Shown in pieces: positions 1 to 7,445 of a stretch of DNA of 64,000 bases. Source of the stretch: Candidatus Eiseniibacteriota bacterium (GTDB lineage Bacteria; Eisenbacteria; RBG-16-71-46). How positions within the stretch are numbered: position 1 is the stretch's first letter; the number at the start of each line of letters is the position of its first letter. Position numbers and translations under genes: made by a program. The notes under the pieces are model-generated. The model was not told the origin of the DNA and did not search any database. It was given only the letters and a program-made list of their open reading frames with translations. Location: assembly GCA_013140805.1 (NCBI GenBank), contig JABFRW010000055.1:4102-68101 (forward strand), given 5' to 3'.

Positions 1-650
1 GGAATCGCGTCGCGAAACAGCGTGATCAAGATGCCGATCAGTCCCGACCAGCCGAGCGCTTTCGCCTGACGGGCGGCCTCGCCGCTGGTGTCGTGCAGGC
101 TCCGCAGCGTGGTCGCCGCAGCGAGCCCGGTCGGGAACGGCAGCTTCTCGATGTTGATCAGCTGACGCTTGGCCGGCACCGCGAGGAACACGCCGAGCAG
201 GGCGATGCACGCGAGCCATGGGATCAGCCACAGGCACCGGGTCTGAAAGTCGACCGGGAGTGAAGCCGGGTTGAGCATGATGAGCGCCGGAATCGCGTTC
301 GAAATGCCACCGCTGGGCATCGAGCCCGCCGCGGACGCGGCGGACTGCATCGCGTTGTTCTCGAGAATGCTGAAGCTCGGAAACCATCGCGGGAACACTT
401 TGCGCAGGGTGGCGAAGATCGCGTACGCGAGGATGCAGCACGTGATCGAGACGCCGAGCGTCCAACCAGTCTTGAGCGACACATAGACGTTCGAACACGC
501 CATGAGCATGCCGAGCAGCATTCCCATGACGACCGCGCGCACCGTGAGCTGCGGCATTCGATCGCCGGCGTAGACGTTTTCGAACCAGTGGCGCTCGATT
601 TCCTCGGGAGTGAGACCTGATTCGTCGATCGGCTGAGGAGCGATGGCCAC
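1..650 (-). CDS. OPT-family oligopeptide transporter, partial (N-terminal part; gene continues past the window start)
   Basis: Reverse-strand translation reads V/M-AIAPQPIDESGLTPEEIERHWFENVYAGDRMPQLTVRAVVMGMLLGMLMACSNVYVSLKTGWTLGVSITCCILAYAIF..., a typical OPT/YSL N-terminus with multiple transmembrane segments. It is absent from the ORF track because it runs off the window edge. GTG start near 650 inferred; the exact start is uncertain. Confidence 0.7.
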   Translation of the reverse strand, partial: MAIAPQPIDESGLTPEEIERHWFENVYAGDRMPQLTVRAVVMGMLLGMLMACSNVYVSLKTGWTLGVSITCCILAYAIFATLRKVFPRWFPSFSILENNAMQSAASAAGSMPSGGISNAIPALIMLNPASLPVDFQTRCLWLIPWLACIALLGVFLAVPAKRQLINIEKLPFPTGLAAATTLRSLHDTSGEAARQAKALGWSGLIGILITLFRDAI

Positions 651-1202
651 GGCGGCTCTCCATGAGTGCGCTGCGAGTGAGGGCGCGATGTTGCGCCCGA
701 GTCGACCCGGCTCAGGAAACAGCGGGCGCAAGGTTCGCCGATCACCTGCCCACCGCACAAGCTGTTTCGCGATAGGCACTTGGCAGCCGGGTTCGGTGCA
801 CGGGCGGGCCAATCACCGACGCTGCAGCATCGAACCCTCTCCGGATTCGAGCTGGACTCGTGCAGGTGTCGGAGTCGGCGACGGTTTCGAGCTGCGCGAG
901 CTGTTTGGATCGCTGCGTAGTTCCTACTCGGCTCGCTTAGTGACGCGCTGCCTTCGCACTGCACGCGCAGCGGGCCGTTCGCCGTGCGTGGCTCGATGCT
1001 TGCCGTAGTGCGGGTGCTCATCGACGTTCCGCTGCGTCCCATGGAAGAGGAAGGCCCGATCATGCTCCCCCGCATGAGCCGCCGAAGCGCAGACTCGCGA
1101 ACTCGAATCGTCGTGAACCCGCAGCCCGCCGCTCACGCGAGCGCCCGATCCTCGCGCCTGCTCGAGCGCGTGGGGCTGTGGCGGTTCGTAGTGCGGACGT
1201 TC

Positions 1203-4082
1203 ATGGCGAGCCATCGCGCCCGATCCGCATCCGCGCGACCGCGAGCGGGACGCGGGCGAATCGCATCCTTCGTGCTTGCGCTCGCGATTGCATCGTCGTC
1301 GGCCGAGGCTCGAGCAGAGACCGACTGGAGCGATCTGTTCGCCCGCGGCTCGGTCTACGAACTGGGACACGATGGACCGATCGAGTTTGCCGACTTGAAC
1401 GGAGACGGGCTCAGCGAATTGATCGGACCATGTTCGGAACACGGACTGTCGATTCGAGATGGACTTCGGGGCGCCCGCTTCGGCGAAGCACACCACAGCG
1501 CCACCCCGCACCCTTTCGGGCCCTTCGTGCTCGTCGACACGAATGACGACGACGCGCTGGATCTGGTCGGCTGCGGTACGAACGGTTCGGGGCTCGTGAT
1601 CGGGCTGGGCAATGGTCGTGGTGGCTTCACCCGATGGCATGTCGAGCTACCCGATATCGAAGCCGACTTGATCTCGGTCGGCGATCTCAACGAGGACGGG
1701 CGTCCGGAGTTTGCCATCGCGTCGCGTCAGGACTCGACAGTTCACATCGTTCGCTTGGCGAATGGCGGCGCGCTGTCGATCGTTCAGTCGATTGACTTGG
1801 GAGGCTCGATCACCTGCCTGAGGATCGAATCAAGCCGCGTTCCCGAGGGAATCTGCCTGTTCGTGGGGCTCGCTCTGGAGTCCGTAGGTGCGCGTGGATC
1901 GATTCTGCAGTACCGCCGGAACTCGTCGGGTGACCTCTTTCTCAGCGCTCGAGCATCGATGGAATGGGCTCCAACCATGCTCAGGTTCGTAGACTTGCTC
2001 GGCAACAGCCAGCTCCAGGTCGCGGTCGATGACGGCGAATACTCACGGCTGTTCGAGATTGAGACTTCCGGGGCGATCGGCGCGCAGATCTTGCGGCGCG
2101 ATGTCGAACTGTGGCCAGGCATCCAGAATCTCGACTCGTTCGAAGGCTGCGAACTTCTCAGCACTTCCGGCAACCGCTGGTACCGACACTATCTCGCTGT
2201 CTCGGAGCCGACATCGAGCCTCGAGGCACTGCCGCGCTTCCACATCCAGCTCCCCGATCCTCTCCAGACAGTCCTCGCGGCAAGCGCCATCGATCTGGAC
2301 CGCGATGGTCAGAAGGATCTCATCGTGCGAACGTCGGATTGGCGTGGGCATTTCGTACAGGTCATTCGATCGCTGGGACCCCGCAACTACGAGACGACGA
2401 TCGTCCAGCCCGGGCCAGACAACGTTGGCGCAAACTTTCGGGCACGCCTGGATCACGACCGACGAGACGAGCTGGTGTTCTGGACGACTTCCCATCTTGC
2501 TGTTGCAACCCTCAGCAGTGACGGCTCGCTTGGTCCCGCGCGCTATCTGGCGCCTTCGTTGCCATCGACTCGCGCCGGAGAGGCTCCGCCTACCTTCTTC
2601 CGCGACCTTGATGGCGACGGCACTGATGACCTGATCTCAGGAAATGCTCACGTGCTCGAGCTCGCTCGCTGCGATGGAAATGGCCGGCTCGAGTCGCCTT
2701 GCTACCTCGAGTGGCCCGACCTGATCAGTGTCGGTGACTTCGATGGAGTCAACGGCTGCGACCTGCTGTTCGTGACAGCGCACGCGGCGCTCGCCGTCGC
2801 TCGCAATGTTGGCGATGGCAATTTCATGAACCCAGTCGTGGTAACGGACCCGATGCCGAACGCGCTGCGTGAGCAGCCCTTCGTGCTTCGATGCGCCGAT
2901 CTCGATAACGACGGCCGGGAGGAGGTCGTGATCTTGAGTGGCCAGACCCCCTGCAGCGAAGGGACGGCAGCAACCGACTCGCTGCGCGTGCTGACCTGGG
3001 CAGATGGCCGACTGGTGACCCGCTCCCACTCGAGGGTCTTTGACTGCTCGAGTCCGTCAATGAGTTCGGGAGTGCGGAAGGCAACCGATCTTCACATCCT
3101 CGATCTCGACCATCGAGGAGATCTCGACCTTGTGTTTCTCACCCGCGCCGAGTACTCCCCGCTCGTCTACAGCCTGATCGCCAATGAGAGTGGCGGCTAC
3201 TCGCTTGGAGGGGAATCGGGGGGGTCCGGCGAGTACTGCCAGCAACTCGTCTCGGGGGATTTCGACCGCGACGGCAACGCGGACCTGATCGTGCCGGCTC
3301 ATTTGGAGGGAAGCTCGCCGTACAACACCGTGCTCACCGCCGATGCAAATGGCGCATTTCACCGCGTCTGGCATTGGGAACTCGGCGAAGTCGGCAACAC
3401 GAACATGGTCGCCGGTGACTTCAACGGAGATGGAGGAACCGACATCGTGACGATGCACTACCACCCATGGTGGCACGCCTGGACGAATCAGACTTCGAGC
3501 GTCGGCGTGATGTGGGGCCGCGCTCCGGATCTCACCACCCCCACCCTCGCCTCGCTCGTCACCAGCGAGACACGTCCCGATGCGGTCGTGCTGAAGTGGT
3601 ACGTCGCCGATGCGAACTCGGCTCAGATGTCGGTTCTGCGTCGCGACGCTGATGGCTCGACACACTCGCTCGGCTCGCCGAGTGCCGAGGGCGGCGGGCT
3701 CTACGGGTCCGAGGACCACAGCGTTCAGCCCGGGGGCCGCTACTCCTATCGGCTGCGCGTGGGAGAGCTGCTCGCCGCGTACGAATCAGCCGAGATCGAG
3801 ATCACGGTCCCGCGGCCTGAGCTAAGGCTCGCGCGCGCCTTCCCGAATCCCGCCACCGGCTCGGTCAACCTACGCTTCTCGCCCGGCAGGCCCGGCCCGA
3901 TCGCGCTCGACCTGCTCGATCTCGCGGGTCGCCGTGTGGCCTCGCAAAGCCTGGTCGCGGATGACTACTCGGAGCAGAGGGTGCGATTCGAACTCGAGAC
4001 TTCGCTTCCCGCGGGGCTCTATTGGTTGCGACTCTCGCAGGGGGTCGCGACCGCCACCATGAAATTGGCGATCGTGAAGTAA
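1203..4082 (+). CDS. Secreted FG-GAP/VCBS-repeat beta-propeller protein with T9SS C-terminal sorting domain
   Basis: Repeated Ca-binding DxDxDG loops (DLNGDGLSELI, GDLNEDGRPEFAIA, DLDGDGTDDLISG, GDFDRDGNADLIVP, GDFNGDGGTDIV). C-terminus AFPNPATGSVNLRFSP...LDLLDLAGRRVA...GLYWLRL...KLAIVK matches the Por/T9SS CTD pattern. In-frame ATG at 1203 gives signal peptide MASHRARSASARPRAGRGRIASFVLALAIASSSAEA; the ORF-track start at 984 is probably upstream read-through. Confidence 0.8.
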   Translation: MASHRARSASARPRAGRGRIASFVLALAIASSSAEARAETDWSDLFARGSVYELGHDGPIEFADLNGDGLSELIGPCSEHGLSIRDGLRGARFGEAHHSATPHPFGPFVLVDTNDDDALDLVGCGTNGSGLVIGLGNGRGGFTRWHVELPDIEADLISVGDLNEDGRPEFAIASRQDSTVHIVRLANGGALSIVQSIDLGGSITCLRIESSRVPEGICLFVGLALESVGARGSILQYRRNSSGDLFLSARASMEWAPTMLRFVDLLGNSQLQVAVDDGEYSRLFEIETSGAIGAQILRRDVELWPGIQNLDSFEGCELLSTSGNRWYRHYLAVSEPTSSLEALPRFHIQLPDPLQTVLAASAIDLDRDGQKDLIVRTSDWRGHFVQVIRSLGPRNYETTIVQPGPDNVGANFRARLDHDRRDELVFWTTSHLAVATLSSDGSLGPARYLAPSLPSTRAGEAPPTFFRDLDGDGTDDLISGNAHVLELARCDGNGRLESPCYLEWPDLISVGDFDGVNGCDLLFVTAHAALAVARNVGDGNFMNPVVVTDPMPNALREQPFVLRCADLDNDGREEVVILSGQTPCSEGTAATDSLRVLTWADGRLVTRSHSRVFDCSSPSMSSGVRKATDLHILDLDHRGDLDLVFLTRAEYSPLVYSLIANESGGYSLGGESGGSGEYCQQLVSGDFDRDGNADLIVPAHLEGSSPYNTVLTADANGAFHRVWHWELGEVGNTNMVAGDFNGDGGTDIVTMHYHPWWHAWTNQTSSVGVMWGRAPDLTTPTLASLVTSETRPDAVVLKWYVADANSAQMSVLRRDADGSTHSLGSPSAEGGGLYGSEDHSVQPGGRYSYRLRVGELLAAYESAEIEITVPRPELRLARAFPNPATGSVNLRFSPGRPGPIALDLLDLAGRRVASQSLVADDYSEQRVRFELETSLPAGLYWLRLSQGVATATMKLAIVK

Positions 4083-4285
4083 CCCCCACCCGGGGGCCGC
4101 AGCGCGTGCGCGTGGCCGGGAGTCATCCGGTCACGCGCGGCGCGCGTAACCAGCACACCTGACGAATCCGGGGCGGTCGTCCCCCAGAACGTTCGGCTCG
4201 AGCGATCTCGACACCTGTGCTCCCGCGTCGTTGGAGATCGCGCCGCCGTCGCTCTGCTGGCCGCCCTCGGTTCGTCGACCACCGC

Positions 4286-5731
4286 TCAACGCGGAAGTTG
4301 CTCGAGCATGGCGCGTGCGCTCGCGGCCGCGGAACTCGAGTGATCGCGCGCCAGGTAGGACTCGAGCGCCGTTCGCGCGAGCCTCGCGCGAATGCGGGTC
4401 GGCGCGAGCCTCCACGCCTGAAAGCGAGCCTCGGCACTCTGCAGTCGCGCAGGATTCGAGCTGGCTCCCACCGTCGGCAGGGCCGCGACGACTTCGCTCC
4501 ACGCCGCCGCCGTCGAGTCGTAGCTCGCCGCGTCGCGCGACCGGGCAGCCCGGGCGGCGAGCGACTGCGCCGCAGCCGTCAACTGCGCCACGCGGTCGGA
4601 ATCGCGCAGGGTCACGGCCTCGTCCGCCGAGCGGAATCCCATGCTCGGAGCGACGGCGCCGGCTGCTCCTTCGCGTCCAAGCGCGGTGCGGGACTGGCCA
4701 AGCACATCGACACTCTTGAGCGATACGGCCAGCGCTTCGCCGTTCTCGTCCGCACGAATGCGCGCGGCCTGATAGCCGATCGCCATCACCGAGAGCTCGC
4801 CGGATCCGGACGGCAGGCAAAAACCACCGTCCGCCGCAGTCGTCGTCGAAGCTCCACTCGAGACACGCGTGACGACCGCGCCGCGCAGCGGACGTCCGTC
4901 GGAATCCTCGACGTGTCCGCACACTTGTGCCGAGGTGGTCAACGCGGACTTCTGCCTGGCACTCTTCGCCACCGATTCGCGGGCGACTTCTGCCAGCGAC
5001 TCGCTGCGCTGCTCGAGCGTGGCGTCGGCAGACGGCGCTACGACCGAGACCGGCGGGGGCGTCGCGAAGGGCGCCGGTGACGAGTTCGCTGGTGGCTCCT
5101 CGGCAGGCTTGGCACCCATCAAGACGCTTGGCTGCGTCTCGGCTCGCTCCTTCTCGGCCCTCTCGGACTTCGAGGCCACGGTTCGTCGGTCTTGATCCAG
5201 GCGCACCGAGGACGGCGGAACCGCGACCTCATTGCCGGACGGGGCATCGCCTCCGACCGGAGCGCTCGCCGAGACGTCGTCCTTGGACTCGGATCGCGCG
5301 GATTGCGGCGCGATCTGCGCGGAACGCTCCCGCAGCACGGCATTGTCGAGCGACGACATGCGATCTTCGCGCGACGTGATCAGCACCAGGGCCGCCCCGA
5401 CCACCACCACGGCCGCGCCACTCACCCACGCAACGCGGCGCGGCGATCGCAGCCAGTCCAGCCATCGTCCCTCTTCGTGATGCGACTGCGCTCCGCGCAG
5501 CCCGGCCGCGCGGAGCCGATCCTCGACGCGAGCCGGAAAGCTCTCGAAGTAGGCGTCGCCCGGCTCGTGCGTGAGCACCTCCCGCAGCATGGCGTCGGAG
5601 GCCGCGAGCTCGGCCATCGCCGAGCGGCATGCCTCACACGACTCCAGATGGCGGTCCGCGGCGTCGCGCGTACGCGCATCGAGCCGATCGTCGTAGCGCG
5701 CCTGCAACTGATCAGGGGTCAGATGGTTCAA
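4286..5731 (-). CDS. Anti-sigma factor (zf-HC2) with transmembrane segment and periplasmic CarboxypepD_reg-like plus TPR-like region
   Basis: N-terminus LTPDQLQARYDD...HLESCEACRS is the zinc-finger anti-sigma motif. One TM helix (WVSGAAVVVVGAALVLI). GHVEDSDGRPLRGAVVTRVSSGASTTTAADGGFCLP resembles a carboxypeptidase-regulatory fold. Start overlaps the sigma-factor stop; the start codon is TTG at 5731 per the frame. Confidence 0.75.
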   Translation of the reverse strand: MNHLTPDQLQARYDDRLDARTRDAADRHLESCEACRSAMAELAASDAMLREVLTHEPGDAYFESFPARVEDRLRAAGLRGAQSHHEEGRWLDWLRSPRRVAWVSGAAVVVVGAALVLITSREDRMSSLDNAVLRERSAQIAPQSARSESKDDVSASAPVGGDAPSGNEVAVPPSSVRLDQDRRTVASKSERAEKERAETQPSVLMGAKPAEEPPANSSPAPFATPPPVSVVAPSADATLEQRSESLAEVARESVAKSARQKSALTTSAQVCGHVEDSDGRPLRGAVVTRVSSGASTTTAADGGFCLPSGSGELSVMAIGYQAARIRADENGEALAVSLKSVDVLGQSRTALGREGAAGAVAPSMGFRSADEAVTLRDSDRVAQLTAAAQSLAARAARSRDAASYDSTAAAWSEVVAALPTVGASSNPARLQSAEARFQAWRLAPTRIRARLARTALESYLARDHSSSAAASARAMLEQLPR

Positions 5732-6321
5732 GTACTACCGGTCCTTTCGACGAGTCGGCTCTTCAACTCGGCTCGTGCGCGCGACAGCCGCGACATCACG
5801 GTTCCGACCGGGATGTTGAGCGACTGAGCGATTTCCTCATACGACAGGTCCTGCACCACCCGCAGCGTCAACACGGCCTGATGCTCGGGCTTCAGAGTTT
5901 CGAACGCGGCGTTCACGCGCTGCTTCTGTTCGGCGTGCGCCAGATGTTCCGCGGGATCGTCTTCGACCCCCCATTGCATTCCAGCTTCGATCAGCGGTTC
6001 GATCGGCGTCTCGGGTCGCCGCTTGCGCGATCGAAATAACGAGAACGCCAGATTGGTGGCGATTCGCAGCAGCCACGGCTGCATCGGCTCCCCGACGCGA
6101 AAGCGATCGAGCGCGCGGTAAGCCCTCACGAAAGTCTCCTGAGACAGGTCGTCCGCATCGGCGGTGCTCCGCGTGAGGGCGTACGCGCACCGGTACACGG
6201 TGCGCTGGTAACGCCGAACGAGTTCCGCGAAGGCGGCCTGGTCCCCGCGCTGGGCGGAGCGGATCAGGTCGGCCTCGTGGCCTGCCTCACCGCTCGAACT
6301 ACGCTCCGGGGTGGCGTTCAT
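5728..6321 (-). CDS. RNA polymerase sigma-70 ECF-family sigma factor
   Basis: MNATPERS...DLIRSAQRGDQAAFAELVRRYQRTVYRCAYALTRS...LSQETFVRAYRALDRF... (region 2) and ...LSYEEIAQSLNIPVGTVMSRLSRARAELK (region 4 HTH). ATG at 6321; the ORF-track N-terminal extension looks non-coding. 4-bp overlap with the downstream anti-sigma gene. Confidence 0.9.
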   Translation of the reverse strand: MNATPERSSSGEAGHEADLIRSAQRGDQAAFAELVRRYQRTVYRCAYALTRSTADADDLSQETFVRAYRALDRFRVGEPMQPWLLRIATNLAFSLFRSRKRRPETPIEPLIEAGMQWGVEDDPAEHLAHAEQKQRVNAAFETLKPEHQAVLTLRVVQDLSYEEIAQSLNIPVGTVMSRLSRARAELKSRLVERTGST

Positions 6322-6383
6322 TCCCGGCAAAGTGCCCGAGCCGGCGATGCGGCGCAAGGCGTTGCGCCCCTTGGGGCCGCCGG

Positions 6384-7139
6384 CTAGCCCAGATCCAGCG
6401 CGAGCGCGAAGGTCGCCTCGTAGCCGGCCCGTGACCGGGTCGGGGCGATGAGGAGCTGCGACCCGCCCTGCCGAAACAGCCCGTCGCGCGAGTTCCGCAA
6501 CTCGCGTACACCGCGCGCGGCGTAGGGCGCGAGCTTGTGGACGCGGTCGGTCACTGCGTCGTCGAAGTAGACCTGACTCGTGAACTCGTGTCCGCGCGCT
6601 GCGTCGGGTTCGGTGCGCACCTTGAAATGGATGTGCACCGCGCGCCCGCGGTACCAGCCAGGATAGATGGTCGTGAAGCGCGCACGACCCTCGGCATTCG
6701 TGAGTTGATGACCACGGAGGAACTTCTGCCCCGCAGTGTCGAACTCGGAGTCCGCCACGTCCGAGTATGCGCCGCGTGCGTCGCAGTGCCACACGTCGAC
6801 CCGCGCGCCCGGCACCGCCCGGCACGTCGCGCCGGACAGCCGCGTGACGTCGAACGCGAGATCGAGTCGCGCTCCAGCGCTCAACGCCCCGGTCGAAGGA
6901 TCGGTGCGGATGTCCGAGCGCGAGAGGCGTTCGTCGATGAAGAAGGGGCCCTCGGTCTGTTCGGGGCGAACGATGCAGCGCGGCAGCCCCTCGGCTTGCG
7001 AGCGAGCGAGCGGATCGAACGGCATCCCGGCGGCCAGCGAGCCCGCGGTCACTCCGAGCAGCGTGAGCACTTCGCGGCGGGTGAACAGCCTTCCTACCGG
7101 AACATCGTCATCGTGCATGGCTCCCCCCCAGGCGTTCAT
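6384..7139 (-). CDS. Intradiol ring-cleavage dioxygenase family protein with Tat signal
   Basis: Twin-arginine signal TRREVLTLLGVTAGSLAAG. Core GPFFIDERL...GARVDVWHCDARGAYS...FLRGHQLTNAEGRARFTTIYPGWYRGRAVHIHFKV matches the protocatechuate/catechol dioxygenase family. Sits immediately upstream of the ECF sigma gene on the same strand. Confidence 0.8.
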   Translation of the reverse strand: MNAWGGAMHDDDVPVGRLFTRREVLTLLGVTAGSLAAGMPFDPLARSQAEGLPRCIVRPEQTEGPFFIDERLSRSDIRTDPSTGALSAGARLDLAFDVTRLSGATCRAVPGARVDVWHCDARGAYSDVADSEFDTAGQKFLRGHQLTNAEGRARFTTIYPGWYRGRAVHIHFKVRTEPDAARGHEFTSQVYFDDAVTDRVHKLAPYAARGVRELRNSRDGLFRQGGSQLLIAPTRSRAGYEATFALALDLG

Positions 7140-7445
7140 CGTCCAGGCTTCGAAGCGTCGCGTGTTTCATGCGGTCCCAACTCTACTCCTCTGACCACCT
7201 GCACCTCTCGTCTGTTACGACCCTGTCGGCGATCCTTACAAGTCCATGGAGATTCCTGCTCATGCATTCGAACGCTCGCTCGGTGGCGGGTACGTAGCCG
7301 CCTCGTGTTGCGCGGGTTTGGTGTTACGAGGCGGGCGGGCACACCAGTTGCTCAACCAGGTGGGATTCGTTTGCTCGCAGGGCCGACCAATCAGGGGGAG
7401 ATCGTGCTTTCGACCGGGAGGACGCCGGAGCAGCCGTCGTTCGAA

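Noticed and set aside
224-1075. 283-aa minus-strand ORF overlapping the OPT gene and the divergent region
   Set aside because: Arg/Ser/Pro-rich low-complexity translation typical of an off-frame reading of high-GC DNA. The OPT transporter homology sits in a different frame on the same strand.
6537-7445. 5' extension of the FG-GAP ORF (1272 aa in the track)
   Set aside because: It overlaps the well-supported dioxygenase gene on the opposite strand and is low-complexity. The in-frame ATG at 7446 yields a canonical signal peptide.
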